Assembly: GCA_951406725.2 (NCBI GenBank) | Contig: OX597833.1 | Location: 992,001-1,056,000 of the forward strand | Direction: 5' to 3' | Length of the DNA stretch: 64,000 bases | From: Octopus vulgaris | Lineage: Eukaryota | Shown: positions 13,335 through 26,822 of the stretch, piece after piece | How positions within the stretch are numbered: the first letter of the stretch is position 1 | Layout of the letters: each line of letters begins with the position of its first letter | Notes under the pieces: model-generated | The model's database searches: none | The model's input: only the letters and a program-made list of their open reading frames with translations | What the model was told of the DNA's origin: nothing | Made by a program: the position numbers and the translations under genes

Positions 13335-13667
13335 CTTTTAGAATCCTTGAATTGGACTTGTTTGCATGCGATATCTCACATGAATAACGCGCGGCATCAC
13401 TGCAATTGAGATTCTTCTTCCAGCATTGCACTTCTCCTGCAATGGTTCCAGCGAGTGGTAAGATGCAGCCGAAATCTTTGACGGCATCGATGAGTACAAA
13501 CTCTCCAAGACTTTGGTTGAAACCAATATCAACAACGACTTCATCATTTCGTCTGAGTTTGAAGAAAGTCATGTTTTCTGCTTCAAAGCGACATGCTATG
13601 TACATTCTGGTTGGTCCCGAGGGACCAAATCCGTCGACAGGGTCCAGGCCTGTCATTTCAACACGAT
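13335..13667 (-). CDS. Ig-cluster gene 1, exon 2 (V-like Ig domain)
   Basis: 333 nt, acceptor CTCACAG, donor G|GTTAAT, phase 1-1; RVEMT...IAC...FKLRRNDEVVVDIGF...CSDAARYSC carries the Ig D-x-x-x-Y-x-C motif. Confidence 0.88.
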
Positions 13668-13824
13668 CTGTGAGTGAAGAATAAATAAATGAACGAATGC
13701 AGGAATAATGGGAGATAAACAATTTATCACAGATATTCAATTCTTTCCATTACAGCCGCAAGGCCTGGGCCGACGAAGGACTTGTGAGTGGATTTGGTAG
13801 ACGGAAACTGAAAGAAGCCCATCT

Positions 13825-13927
<103 letters not shown>

Positions 13928-13942
13928 GTATATATGTATATA

Positions 13943-14016
<74 letters not shown>

Positions 14017-14819
14017 CATACATATGTATGTATATGTTTGTGTGTCTCTGTTTGTCCCTCCAACATCGCTTGATAACCGTTGCTGGTGTGTTTACGTCCC
14101 CGTAACTTAGCGGTTCGGCAAAAGGTACCGATATAATAAGTTCTAGGCTTACAAAGAATAAGTCCTGGGGTTGACTGGCACGACTAAAGGCGGTACTCCA
14201 GCATGGCCGCTGTCAAATGGCTGAAACAAATAAAAGAGTAAAAGAATAAAAGAATATATATTCCTTTATCCTTTTATTCCTTTATTCTATTTGACTGCCG
14301 CCATACTTCCGTTTCCCCCCTGTAGTAGAATTGTGGTCTCCATCAAACATAGTCTTACTAATGAAGCTGGCATATGAACAACCGTGAACCTTATCTTTCG
14401 CTTTTAACTCTTTATCTCTAGATGAATTTTATAAAATAACCAGAACTATCTCTTGCTTAATTGGGGAGATGAGGAGTTTGCGCTGTCTAATTCCCTCCCT
14501 TCTATCGTGTCGACTTACCTTCAAGTCCATAAATCTGAAATACACCCTACCCCACATATGACGTCATGCTGTTCCTCAGCTATAAAACTACTTTTTAATT
14601 TGTCTTGGCTTGGCAAACTCATTCTGCGACCAGCGATGATCTTGGAATCACAAAATATACACAAGCAGCGGATTTTAAATGTTCTAAAATCTCCCTGAAA
14701 ATGTGGTTCGTGTATTCATCTGAAGAAAACGGGGTTTTTATAATGATTTAATATACCCATTAATCAACTGAACAATTATTTGGATATAGCTGCAATGAAC
14801 TGACTCCTATCCATCCTTT

Positions 14820-14884
<65 letters not shown>

Positions 14885-14890
<6 letters not shown>

Positions 14891-15300
14891 CTTGATCACC
14901 TTGACCGACCAGTCCGTCAGGCGTCCATTTGACACCACTGGTCACAGCACGCACGCTGTCCACTCCTCACTGGATCGCGCCTTTCTCATCCACGTGATCC
15001 CAATCGTCCTCCTGAAATCGTAACTCCACCGTCGTGGAGGCCTTCCGGGTGGTGAGGAGGGTGCTGTTGGACACCCTGTGGGATGAAAAATAAGACCCAA
15101 CAAAGGGCGGATGAACTTCCGAACAGTCAACAGCCATCCAACAAAATGCCTGCCCGCCCAGCCAGTGGGATGGCGTCATCTTATGGCTAAAACAGCACGA
15201 AGAAAGAACGAAGAGAAAAGGAAAAGGGCCTCAGTAACCTGCACGTCAATCGGGCCACTCCATGACGGCGGAGTGCAACCCAAGCGACGAGAGGCTGCTA
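14885..15300 (-). mobile_element. RTE-like LINE 3' fragment
   Basis: PPGRPPRRW...WMRKARSSEEW terminal motif with a short CAAGGT repeat tail. Confidence 0.55.
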
Positions 15301-15301
15301 A

Positions 15302-15344
<43 letters not shown>

Positions 15345-15440
15345 AACCCGAAGGTTTTATATCAAACAGAGAAGTGCAACACACATAGGTCCTGTTTAAT
15401 AATAACTACTATTATATACTATTCATATAATGATATGTGA

Positions 15441-15775
15441 AGGCGCGTGGCTCAGTGGTTAGAGCGTCGAGCTTACGATCGTGAGGTTGTGAGCTCGAAT
15501 CCCGGACCGAGCTGCGTGTTGTGTTCTTGAGCAAGACACTTTATTTCACGTTGCTCCAGTTCACTCAGCTGTAGAAATTAGTTGCGACGTCACAGGTGCC
15601 AAGCTGTATCGGCCCCTTTGCCTTTCCCTTGGACAACATCGGTGACGTGGAGAGGGGAGGCCGGTATGCATGGGCGACTGCTGGTCTTCCATAAAACAAC
15701 CTTGCCCAGACTTGTGCCTCAGAGGGTAACTCTCTAGGTGCAAACCCATGGCCAGTGTCTGACCGAAGGAGGTAA
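15441..15775 (+). mobile_element. tRNA-derived SINE (third family)
   Basis: GGCGCGTGGCTCAGTGGTTAGAGC head, CTCGAATCC B-box-like motif, CTTGAGCAAG core. Confidence 0.75.
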
Positions 15776-16173
15776 AAAAATAAATAATAATATATGCTCC
15801 ATTGAAACCAACTGAACTGTATGATATATACAGATTACTATTGACATAATGGTTTCTGATTTAGCTACAAAGGAGAGAATCTATAGGGGAAGTGGTTGGT
15901 CGGCACTATCGGCATTATATCCTGGTAAATCGTGAGATTTGAATAGTAAAATGCCAGAAGGCCATCGAACTCATTTGTTTCCAAGGGGAGTAAATTGCAC
16001 ACACACACACACACACACACTTGTCCTCCCTCATATACTAAGGATAAGAGCGTGACAGAGAGAGAGAGAGACAGTGAAAGAAGAGAGTAAGTGTGTGAGA
16101 GTTGTTGAAAGAAGCGAGAGAAGGGAAAGAAAAGCTTGAAGAAATAAATTTGTTGTTTTTAATCTGAACTTAC

Positions 16174-16249
16174 TGAGTGACGAGCATGGAAGTATCATCA
16201 CGGATATAATCATCATCATCGTCGTCGTCGTCGTCGTCGTCGTCACCAT
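16174..16249 (-). CDS. Ig-cluster gene 1, exon 1 (signal peptide)
   Basis: MVTTTTTTTTMMMIISVMILPCSSL, 76 nt, phase-1 donor GTAAGT; splices in frame to 13667. Confidence 0.8.
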
Positions 16250-16506
16250 GTTGGTTGGTAGAGAAAACGAGCGTCGACTGCCTCGAACGAAAGCATTGTA
16301 ACCACGTGACATATTTGATCCAGGTCAAATAAGAGTTAGAGAAAATTTGGCAATAGTTCTTCCTGTCGAAATGTGATGAAACTAATAAGTGATAAAATTA
16401 ATTAGTTAATTAATGAAAAAGTGCATAACAAACAAAACAGAAATAAATAAAAAAAAAAGCTCCTGTGAAATGAGAAAATTATTTTAAAGTTACCTTTTAT
16501 AAAGAA

Positions 16507-16903
16507 CTAGCAGTATCGCCCGGCGTTGCTCGGGTTTGTAAGGGAAATAACTATATAAGCATTTTTAGAGAGTTATAGCCAAAATATAACAAAAAAATGC
16601 ATTGAAAATGGAAAAAAAATTATAGTAAATTTTTTTTAAATCGTTGACTCATCGTAGACATTTTTAGAGAGTTACTTCCCTTATATTCAAAAAAATTTGC
16701 GTTAAAATGGAAAAAAATGATGGTAAATTTTTTTAAAATCGTAGACTCATCGTAGACGCGCGCTAATACCCAGAAGGGCTCGATATGAATCACGACTATA
16801 AGATACCCGGTTTTGGTTAAACTGCACCGCAAAATGTGGGAGTAGTTAGGAATCTAAATCGAAGGGGACAGACACTCACACAACTACAGTTTTATATATA
16901 AAT
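16507..16903 (-). mobile_element. Non-autonomous Helitron (family a)
   Basis: 3' hairpin CCCGAGCAACGCCGGG followed by CTAG terminus; absent from the paralogous sites. Confidence 0.8.
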
Positions 16904-17109
16904 ATAATTAAGAAAGTGATGTTAGGTTTACGACAGTCCGTTGAGAGATCTTGTCTTGCAGAGAATTGGTGACCCCACTAGAGATGGTGCCACAACAAAT
17001 ACATCAATACACTCTGTAAAGCATCCATCTGTAGAAACTATTGTAATGTAGACATTGGTGCATGACTCACTCCTTATATTTTACTAGCAGGATCTGTAGA
17101 AATTCCTAG

Positions 17110-17730
17110 TGTACAAGATGTTATAAAAAAGTTCCCTGACTAGTTCTGTTGTGCGCCAATAGATGGCAGCAAACGATTGCATATGCAGTGAGAGTTATCA
17201 GGAACTTACACGAGGCACTGTGCCAAGTAACATTGCTGTGTCTACCCTGTAAGCTGTGAAATTGGGATTTTGGGGATCACGGGTTTAGTCTGCGATTTTT
17301 TCACGAAGAAGTAGGAAAAAAGTGTTAACTTTAAATTTTGCGTTAGCATTTGGAAGTCTGTTACAGAGACATTGAGCATTCTTCAACAAGCTTACGACCC
17401 ATATTTCAAAAGATACGGGCTCTTCAAAAGCGGAAGAATTCCTCTGGAAGAGGATGAGCAATCTAGAAGACCTGCCATGAGCGTCAACCCCGGAAATGTG
17501 GAGAACATTCAACAGTTTGTGCACGAGGATCGTCAGAGGACACTCATTGACCAATGGCGTTGGCCTGTTCTATGGGGCAGTATAGGCAAGCGTAATGTTT
17601 GAATTGAGCACGCAGCGTGTTTCGGGTCAGTTCGTCCATCGCATCGAAGTCAGTCAAGATCTCCGTCAGCGTGCCGCTGATGACCCATCTTTCGCGTCGA
17701 TGATCATCCCCGTTGACGAGTATTGGGGCC
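17110..17730 (+). mobile_element. Degraded mariner fragment
   Basis: FKSGRIPLEEDEQSRRP...ENIQQFVHEDRQRT is typical of a mariner N-terminus. Confidence 0.7.
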
Positions 17731-18098
17731 TACGGTTAAAATACTGAGAAGAAGCAGTCTTTGGACTGAGAGGCGGTTTGTTGAAAACGATACTCGTTGT
17801 AAGGCAAATGCTGTTGTAGAGTCCGTCCAAGTGAGTCGGAGTATTTCTGTGAAGTATCTCCACCAACGTGGCCGCTGTAGCAGGAAGGAAACCTCTTCTT
17901 CGGCGAGGAAATATTAAATGAAGTGATCTATGGAGAATTAAAGCTTTCAAACATCATCGTGTTCCGTTACTGTTGAGTTACAGGGACCAAAATATACCAA
18001 CAGTGGGTTTCAAGTGACTGTGGGGAACCAACACGAATACAACGATACTCTCATACATCTTTAACACTAAATTCCCTTACAAATTGGAAGAATGCAAA

Positions 18099-18497
18099 TC
18101 TCTCTCTATATAAAGCTGAAGATGTCTGTGTCTTTGTATGGCAGGTTTGGTAGCCTTCAACTAACACTATCTCCTCCGAGACCCTGCGGCGCAACTTGAC
18201 CAAAATTGAGAGTATGATAGAAAAAGGCTTGCTCTTCCTTCCGTAGAAGAAAAAATCCAAATCGGATCATGTTAACGCCAAGAATTATTTACATCAAAAA
18301 GGTGCTTTTTTTTTATGAAAATCCTATTTTTTTTTTACCTTTTTTTGACTGCTGTGTCGCCATTTTTCGACCAGAAAAATGTTTACTTAAAGAGAATATA
18401 ACAAGCTACATAATGCAAAATTTTTACTTTTCAAAAATTCCGATTCTAAAGGGTCGAAAAGAAAACAAACCCGAGCAACGCCGGGTGATACTGCTAG
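18099..18497 (+). mobile_element. Non-autonomous Helitron (family b)
   Basis: 5' TC, 3' hairpin plus CTAG, inserted at A|T; empty site seen near 53176. Confidence 0.85.
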
Positions 18498-19514
18498 TTT
18501 GAAATAAAAGAGTTGAAGGTGTAAGAACCAAAACAAAAAACCAACAAAAAACAAAAAGACAAATACAATTTATATATTTACCTTCACTTTCACTATTCCG
18601 CTGTTAAGCAAGACCTTACCATGAGCAACACTGAAGATGCCTTTATCGTCATACATATATTATAATAGCAGAAATTGTGTTCTAAATATTTCGTGTTTCA
18701 GCAAAGAATCTCTGCTTTTGCTAATCCAACTATTTGCAAAAAACTGAGTATTTTGAATTTAGAAAACGCTGCTAAATTCTTCAAGAAAATCTCTTTGGAA
18801 TTGACATGATTGGAAAGAACTATTCTGAAAAGTATTCCAAAGTAAGTCCACCGCGTGTCTGGATTCGAAAGATTTAGCTTCGGGAAAGTGAAACAGTGAG
18901 ATCGTGTCAACGGAGATTCTTTGCCAAAATGTTATTAAATCTGTGAAAAGAATGTGTGTGTGCTTGTGCTCGCGTGTGCGGGCGTGCGTGGAAGAATTCG
19001 TGGGCGCGCGAGCGTGTAGCGGTGAATGCTGTTGTAATGGATTTCTTTCATGCTTTTCTGTAACTTTTATAAATCATATAATGTCCTATTTCGATGTGTG
19101 CTCGCTTTGATCTATTCGTCTATAATATTCGCACACACACACACACGAGCATGTTTGGCTAACGCGTAGGCATAGATGTAATCTTAAGAGATCCAGTTTG
19201 CAACCGGGTGTTTCAGGTTCAGTTCCACCTTGCAGCACTTTGGCCACGAGTCTTCCATTATAGACCTGCGCCCTACTAAATCCTTCTCGAAGGAAACAGA
19301 GTGAAGATCCGTCATATATATCTGTATACGTTACGTAGTTCCACGATTGAATAAATTATACAGTTATAGAGGATGTTCTGCCCTTTCCCTTTTGCCAACT
19401 CTGGCCAGCGTTAGAGGAAATAAGCAGTCAAGGGTTGTTAGTTGCTGATAGAATTTTCACAGAACATTTAGTAATAAAAGAATTATCAAGCTAAAAACTT
19501 GGTTTTATACCTTA

Positions 19515-19901
19515 CTAGCAGTATCGCCCGGCGTTGCTCGGGTTTGTTTCGACCCTTTAGAATTGGAATTTTTGAAAAGTAAAAATTTTGCATTATGTAG
19601 CTTGTTATTCTCTTAAAGTGAACATTTTTCTGGTTGAAATACACCAAAAAATGGCGACACAGCTGTCAAAAATCGTAAAAAATAGTGATTTTCATAGAAA
19701 AAAAACACCTTTTTAATGTGAATAATTTTTGGTGTTAACATTGTCCGATTTGAATTTTTTCTTCTACAGAATGAAGAGCAAGCCTTCTTCTATCATGCTC
19801 TCAATTTTGGTCAACTTGCGCCGCAGGGTCTCGGAGGAGATGGTGTTAGTTGAAGGCTACCAAACCTGCCATGCACTGACAACTTCAGCTCTCTATATAG
19901 A
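19515..19901 (-). mobile_element. Non-autonomous Helitron (family b)
   Basis: inverted copy of 18099-18497 with TC and CTAG ends. Confidence 0.85.
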
Positions 19902-20109
19902 TTTATAAATAAAATGCTACAATCAGCCGTCATTTTTGACGGCACGGGGTTAGATGATATACAATCGTAATTCCTTAATATATTTAACGTAACAATAACG
20001 TTTATCTTTTAAATAACCTAAATTTTGATCTAGTCCTCAAATGATTTTGCTTCCAAATCTGTTGTTAACTCAAGCAAAATGTTTCTTCTCATCTTTTGAA
20101 TCTATGTAA

Positions 20110-20660
20110 GTATATTTCGGCTTAGTCTTCGTCTTTGTAGCCTTCGTAGAATTGGGCCTCTACATTGTCTAGGGACACGTTTCCAATGATCTCCATTTGG
20201 GTATAGCCACTTGTATGTTCCCAACTGAGACATATTTTCTGGGTTTCTTTCTCATTTGTCGAACTTCTGCTCGTTCTCATTGTGTAGCTGTTTTGGGGGT
20301 ATTCGCTCTTCTTCAAAGTCGATAAACACGACCTGCAAGTCTCATTTTTCTTTCCATCCCAAACTCCTACAAACTGCCCAGACTGGCTCTTCTCAGAACT
20401 TCACGCTTTGTGATCCTCCCCCTGTTAGTGATATTGTGTGTTCTGTACTTAGCATTTAGCCTCTGAGTGATCTTGGCCGTCATTTTCCAAGTTTCTCCTG
20501 AGTAGACTGTTCTTGATAAGGCAATGTGCAGGAGGACCTTCAAACAGTAGATAATCAAACTGCTGTCTCAGAACTTGCTCATTTCTCTGAACACTGTCAC
20601 TGCAAGTTCGATTCCGGAGTTGACATCTGCCTCAGTGTTTCCATCTCTAACAATCTGTAT
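20110..20660 (-). mobile_element. Degraded RTE-like LINE fragment
   Basis: YSGETWKMT...ITKREVLRR motif. Confidence 0.55.
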
Positions 20661-21960
20661 ACCGTTATAGATTAAATATGAAATTGTTAATATTTATTTC
20701 TTTACTAACCACAGGGGGCTAAACGTGGAAGGGACAAACAAGGACAGAAAAAGAGATTAAGTCGATGATATCAACCCCATTGCGTAACTGGTACTTATTT
20801 AATTGAACCCGGGAGGATGAAAGGCAAAGTCGACCTCGGCGGAATTTGAACTCAGAACGTAAAGACAGACGCCTTATTGTTAATTGTTAATTGTAAAATT
20901 GTTAATACTGTTAATCGTTTACGTTATTAGTATTACGATAGAAAGTGACTTATAGGATTTACAGTTAATATATGATTTAGTATTAATTAATAAAGATCTT
21001 TAATGATTTTGCAGGAGAGAATGTTTATGCGGCTTCGGTGGGGACAAGGAATTTAGGAACGGCATTGCCTATGTCTGCTATGATGAAATGAATAAATTTT
21101 TTCGAACAACTGGTGCATCATCGTCGAAAGCGACGAATTTATTTGCCTTTTACCAACTCAAACACACACACACAAAATACACACACATGTATGTATATAT
21201 ATGTATATATAATATATGGGCGTGTGTGTGTATTTCCACATGCATACATATATACGAATATACAAACATACATAGACACACACACACACAGATATATATA
21301 CAGACATATAACACCTACATAAACTCACATTTATACGAACAAATATATACACATATACATGAATACATTTATGTTCGTGAGAAACGGGATAAATTTTAAT
21401 ACAATAATACATTTTATTTAAGGAGACAACGTTCCAGTTTTCCAATTTCTTTATTTCGAATTTTGTAATAAATTGAGTTTTCCATTTCTATTATCATCAT
21501 TTACTTACTTTCCTAAATATTTTCTTGACCTTTTTTTTTTTTGCGATTGGATGAATCTTGTCCACATCCCATTGTCAAAATCGTCCGAGCACTAAACAAC
21601 GAATACACCTGTAACCATAGAAATATATACGAAGAAATTAGAGGAAAACGAATGCCATTTTGATCATTCTTATTGAGCAAATTCCTGCTATTCTAGTCTC
21701 GGGCTGACCAAAACCTTATCAATGATGATTAAGGAAACAGAAACTGAAAAAAGACTGTATATATAGGCGTGACTGTGTGGTAAGAAGCTTGCTTCCCAAC
21801 TACATGGTTCCAGGTTAACAAAACTGTCCGACGAACGGGAAGTGAAACTCTGAGCAATAGATTTTGTTATATTTCTGCTGCTTTGAAATAAAGCATTTTA
21901 CTCTACCTTTGGTATTTGAGTACTCTTTTCCACCTTGTTTCACATTTATGTGTTTACTCT

Positions 21961-22051
<91 letters not shown>

Positions 22052-22275
22052 TGTGTGTGTGTTTATGCGTATATATACATACACACACACACACACAGAC
22101 ACTCACATACACACACACATATGTGTATATTTACCTATGTGTGTGACTATGTATGTATGCATGAACGTACATAAACTGATAAATAAAAACAACATGATTG
22201 GAGAAGCAAGATAAGAAGGAATAAGATGGGAAAACAAACCTTCTTTATAATTACTGGAGCAAAAACGGGATGATG

Positions 22276-22370
22276 CTAGCGGCAACTTGCAAGAACCAGA
22301 AAGAGAAGGGAAATTTTGGAGACAGAAAACCATGCTGTATGTGGTAGAGCAGAAATGGGGCTGCCAGATA
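22276..22370 (-). CDS. Ig-cluster gene 2, exon 4 (GPI-signal-like tail)
   Basis: ISGSPISALPHTAWFSVSKISLLFLVLASCR-stop; joined CDS 831 nt = 276 aa. Confidence 0.75.
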
Positions 22371-23235
22371 CTGTAAAGACAAACAATCAGGGAGGTTGGA
22401 ATAATATTTGGTGGAGTATCAAAACATGGGATTTAGTGTCTGACAAAGAAACTGAATTCACATTTATTGTCACTAATAGGCTTTCATACTTTCCGAAACA
22501 TTCACCGTGGTGCAGTTTGATGTGATGTCTTGTTTGGTTTAATGTTTGACGTCTGGTTTCATACATTTGTCGTGTGGTTAGATGTGATGTTCGGTATGAT
22601 CTATAATATGAAGTTTGATGTGATGTTTGGTGTGTTTTGTCGTGATGTTTGATGCGATGTTTGGTATGATGTATGTTGCGTTGTTTGATGTGTTGTACGA
22701 TGCGTGGATTGATGTGATGCCTGAGGTGTAGTTTGATGTGGTGTTTGATGTTTGATGTTTGAAGTGTGGATTGATGAGTTTCTTTCTTTGGCCTGATGCC
22801 TTGTAATGTGGATTAGAGACGATGCAGCAGCGATTGCTGCCTATATCCTTTTTTCTTTTAGATTTTACTTGATTCAGTTATTGGACAGCAGCCAAGATCA
22901 GGCACCGACTTAATGAGTTCAGTCGAGCAAATCGTCCCCAATGCTTTAAAACCTACTCATACTCTCCGCGTCTTCTTTTCTCGAACCGATATATCATGAG
23001 GATTTATGAAGGGCTTCAGTTTCCGTCTATCAGATCTATTCACAATCCTTTGGTCGACCCGGAGATAGAATAGAAGACACTTGCCCAAGGTGCCATGCAG
23101 TGGGACTGAATCGCGAAGCATGTGTTTGGGAAGCAAAAGTATTCCCACAGAGCAACACCGGTGTCTATAAAGAAAATAAGGATACGAAACTACGAAAGGA
23201 TACGAAACTATGTAAGAAAAATAATATTTGCTCAC

Positions 23236-23559
23236 TTGCACCGAAGATATTCACTTCTTCTGAAAGTGTTCTCCCAAATGCCGAACATGAGATCGTTGTC
23301 CCAGTGTCATCTTTGTTGGTTAACTTGTGTCGATATAGCGACTGCATTGGCATGCAGCATTGACCAATTTTCGGAACAGACACTTTCGCGTCTGTCATGT
23401 GTGGTTCAGTGTTTGACATTTTATATCTGACAATCCATCTAAAGGTGATAGAGTCGTGTGTAGCTGGTGAAACATAGGCCACACATCTGAATGTAGACAC
23501 CTTACTTTTCTTCTCAAACGGTAGATCGATATTTTTAAGACTTTTGACAAAAGATTTCA
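23236..23559 (-). CDS. Ig-cluster gene 2, exon 3 (second Ig domain)
   Basis: 324 nt, acceptor TTTTCTCTACAG, donor A|GTGAGC; TFRC...TFRW...GTTISC. Confidence 0.88.
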
Positions 23560-24126
23560 CTGTAGAGAAAATGGATTTTAGGTCAATACGATTCAAAATA
23601 TCATACTTTATGGATGTATTGATACAAATTTCAATATTGATAGAAAACTAGAATATTGAATATTACTCAAACTAACTGAGATGCTATTGTGAAATATTTG
23701 CGATTTACAGGACTTCAACTAATTTAAGTTGTGACTATAGCATCACTTTTTTCTACTCTAGGTACAAGGCCCTAAAGGATTAAAGGCAAAGTCGACCTTG
23801 GTGGAATTTGAACTCAGAACGTAGGGATGGACGAAATGCCGTTAAGCATTATTATCGACTCGCTAACGATTCTGCCATCTCACTACACTAATAATAATGA
23901 TAACAATCCTTTCTACTAAAGGTACAAGGCCTAAAATTTATAGTGGGGGAGGGCGATATTCGATAACATCGACCCCAGTACTCAAGTGGTACTCATTTTA
24001 TCAACCCCGATAGGAAAAGGACAAATCTACCTCGACGGTAGTTCTACCCAAAATTTACGGACGATCGAAATACCGGTAAGCATTTTACTCGGCGCAGTAA
24101 AGAGTGTACAAGCTCACCGCCTTAAT

Positions 24127-24199
<73 letters not shown>

Positions 24200-24204
<5 letters not shown>

Positions 24205-25023
24205 CTGACAGAATACTAACTGAAGAAATGAAAACGAAAATTGAGAAGGAGTACATCGGAAAGGTGAGGAAGCTAATGAAATCAAAGCGAAGGCTGTAAA
24301 TACTTGTGCAGTGTCATTACTTAGATACTCAGCAGCTTTTGTGGATTGGACAAAAACTGAATTAGCAAAGCTAGACAGAAGAACTAGGAAGGAATTCAAT
24401 ATGAATGAGGGCCTTCATCCAAGGGCATGAGTAGCACGATTATACTTATCAAGGAAGGAAGGCAGAAGAGCATTAATATCAGTACAAGACTGTGTGGAGT
24501 TAGCTGGAGTAGATATAGACTCCTATGTCGGTAATAGTGAAGAAAGTTTATTAAAACTGCTAGAGTCGCAGCATATATAAGGAAACTAAAAAGTCAAATG
24601 AAATTAAAACCAGCATGGCAGATTCCCAAAGATAATTGCAGCAAATAATGGTAGTAAAACATGGTTATTACTGCAAAAGAGGAGGCTGAAAAGATAGACA
24701 GAAAGTTTGTTGGTAGCTGCACAATATCAAGCATTAAGGACTAACTTGATGAAAGACAAGATGGATAAAACCAAGTAGATTCTGCATGTAAGTTATGCAA
24801 ATCAAAGGAGAAAAGTGTTACTCTTATAGCAAGTGAATGTAGCATGCTGGTACATAAAGAAAAGACATGACAACCTAGAGTAATTGACTGGGAGTTATGT
24901 AGAAAGCTAGGTTTTAATCCTACTGATGAATGGTATGAACTAGAATGTAAGAAATATAAGATGTTGTGGGACTTTAACATTCAGACTGACAGACTAATAC
25001 CAGCTAGAAGGCCTGATTTGGTG

Positions 25024-25066
<43 letters not shown>

Positions 25067-25400
25067 ATAAAGGGAATAGAAAGTGCCAAATAATTGACTT
25101 TACAGTCTTAAATGATAAAAATGTCAATATGAGAGGAATAGAAAATATAGCGAAGTACTAGGACCTAGTGACTGAATTACAGAAACTATGGAAAGTAAAA
25201 TGTATCCCTGTAGTTGTAGATACATTAGGAACTACCCCTAAAGATTTGAATAGATGGTGGGAAGAAATAGGCATAAAACACAGTTTACTGCAGCTTCTTA
25301 AAACAGGGGACAGTAGGGATACTTGGGAGGGTTTATCGCATCCACAGTTACTTATAGCCCGATGTCAGGGATTTTTCATTTCCAACAGTCTAATCTGTTG
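24200..25400 (+). mobile_element. Degraded RLE-type (R4/Dong-like) LINE next to (TAA)n
   Basis: WDFNIQTDR..ARRPDLVV and KCIPVVV motifs with many stops. Confidence 0.75.
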
Positions 25401-25950
25401 TGTGTGTATATGAATAATGATTCTTTATTCTTATAATTATTGAGTGAGAGAACAGTGCATGCCCTCAAAGTGATACTGGGGTAAAATATACGAATCCCAG
25501 TATACCCATCATGACTACTCGTCTAATAATGGTACACTAGGTACATGCATCACAACCATATGTGCGCGACATGGTGATCTCATATCAAGATAAACAGCAC
25601 ATGACCTTGCAGGTGGGGCCCAGTTAGAATTTTCTTCTGGTCGAGTACCCCATTCCGCTGAAAGGGTCCCTGAATAAGGGTTGTTTAAGGATGTTGAACG
25701 AACCACCCATGTTTCCAGAGGTGAATTATTCAAACCCCAAAGAATCCCTCTCAACACATGGCTGTGATGCTCCCCCACTTATTATTATTATTATTATCAT
25801 CATCATCATCATCATTATTATTATTATTATTATTTGATGTTGTAGTATTAGTAGTTGTAGTAGATTTTGTTGCGTTTGTAGTTGTTGTTGGGGTAGTAGT
25901 AGTAGTAGTAGTAGTAGTGCTATTTTTCCCTTAGAAGAAACAAAATTAAC

Positions 25951-26283
25951 CTTTGAGAAACCTTGAATTCGACTCGATTGCATTCGATATCTCACATGTA
26001 TAAGATGCTACATCTCTGCAATCCAAGTTATTTTTCCAACAATGCAATTCACCTCTAGTCGCTGCAACTCGCGGTAAGATGCAACCGAAATCTTTCGCGG
26101 CATAGATGACTTCAAAAACTCCCACAACTTCGTGGAAACCAATATCAACAACGACTTCATCGTTTCGTCTGAGTCTGAAGAAACCTAAGTTGTTGGCTAC
26201 AAAGTTACATGTAATTTCCATTCTGGTTAGTTCTTCGTCCCCAAATCCATCGAAAGGCGTTAGGCTTGTCATTTCAACACGAT
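25951..26283 (-). CDS. Ig-cluster gene 2, exon 2 (V-like Ig domain)
   Basis: 333 nt, AG/GT bounded, same five cysteines as gene 1, CRDVASYTC motif. Confidence 0.88.
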
Positions 26284-26515
26284 CTAGGAGTGAGGAACAA
26301 ATCAATGAATGAATACACGAAAAATGGGACGGAAACAATTTCTCAAAGACAGATTTAATTATCGCTTCTACTTTAGACGCGAAACCCGAAAGTTATCTGA
26401 TCAAGTATCATAAAAGCATGAAACTATAAGTAGCTCTTTCGGTTTGTGTATTCAATCGATATTTTTCTCTCACTGGTCGGAACACTTCTTTGTTGATTCT
26501 ACCTCGAATGGGTCT

Positions 26516-26516
26516 T

Positions 26517-26614
<98 letters not shown>

Positions 26615-26615
26615 A

Positions 26616-26702
<87 letters not shown>

Positions 26703-26703
26703 A

Positions 26704-26795
<92 letters not shown>

Positions 26796-26822
26796 GTCTG
26801 TCTGTCTATCTAACTATCTATA
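26516..26822. repeat. (TCTA)n/(TCTG)n microsatellite
   Basis: direct reading; paralogous arrays at 48775-49921 and 62417-63526 are split by a LINE. Confidence 0.95.

Noticed and set aside
15441-15520. tRNA gene
   Set aside because: It has A and B boxes but no complete cloverleaf and continues into a SINE body; the same holds for the other SINE heads
17765-17915. Exon-like block (LVEILHRNTPTHLD) shared with 4360-4510
   Set aside because: No donor site or recognisable homology, and it is largely missing from the other units
21007-21160. Plus-strand acceptor followed by RECLCGFGGDKEFRNGIAYVCYDE...
   Set aside because: Single copy, no recognisable family and no clear partner exon
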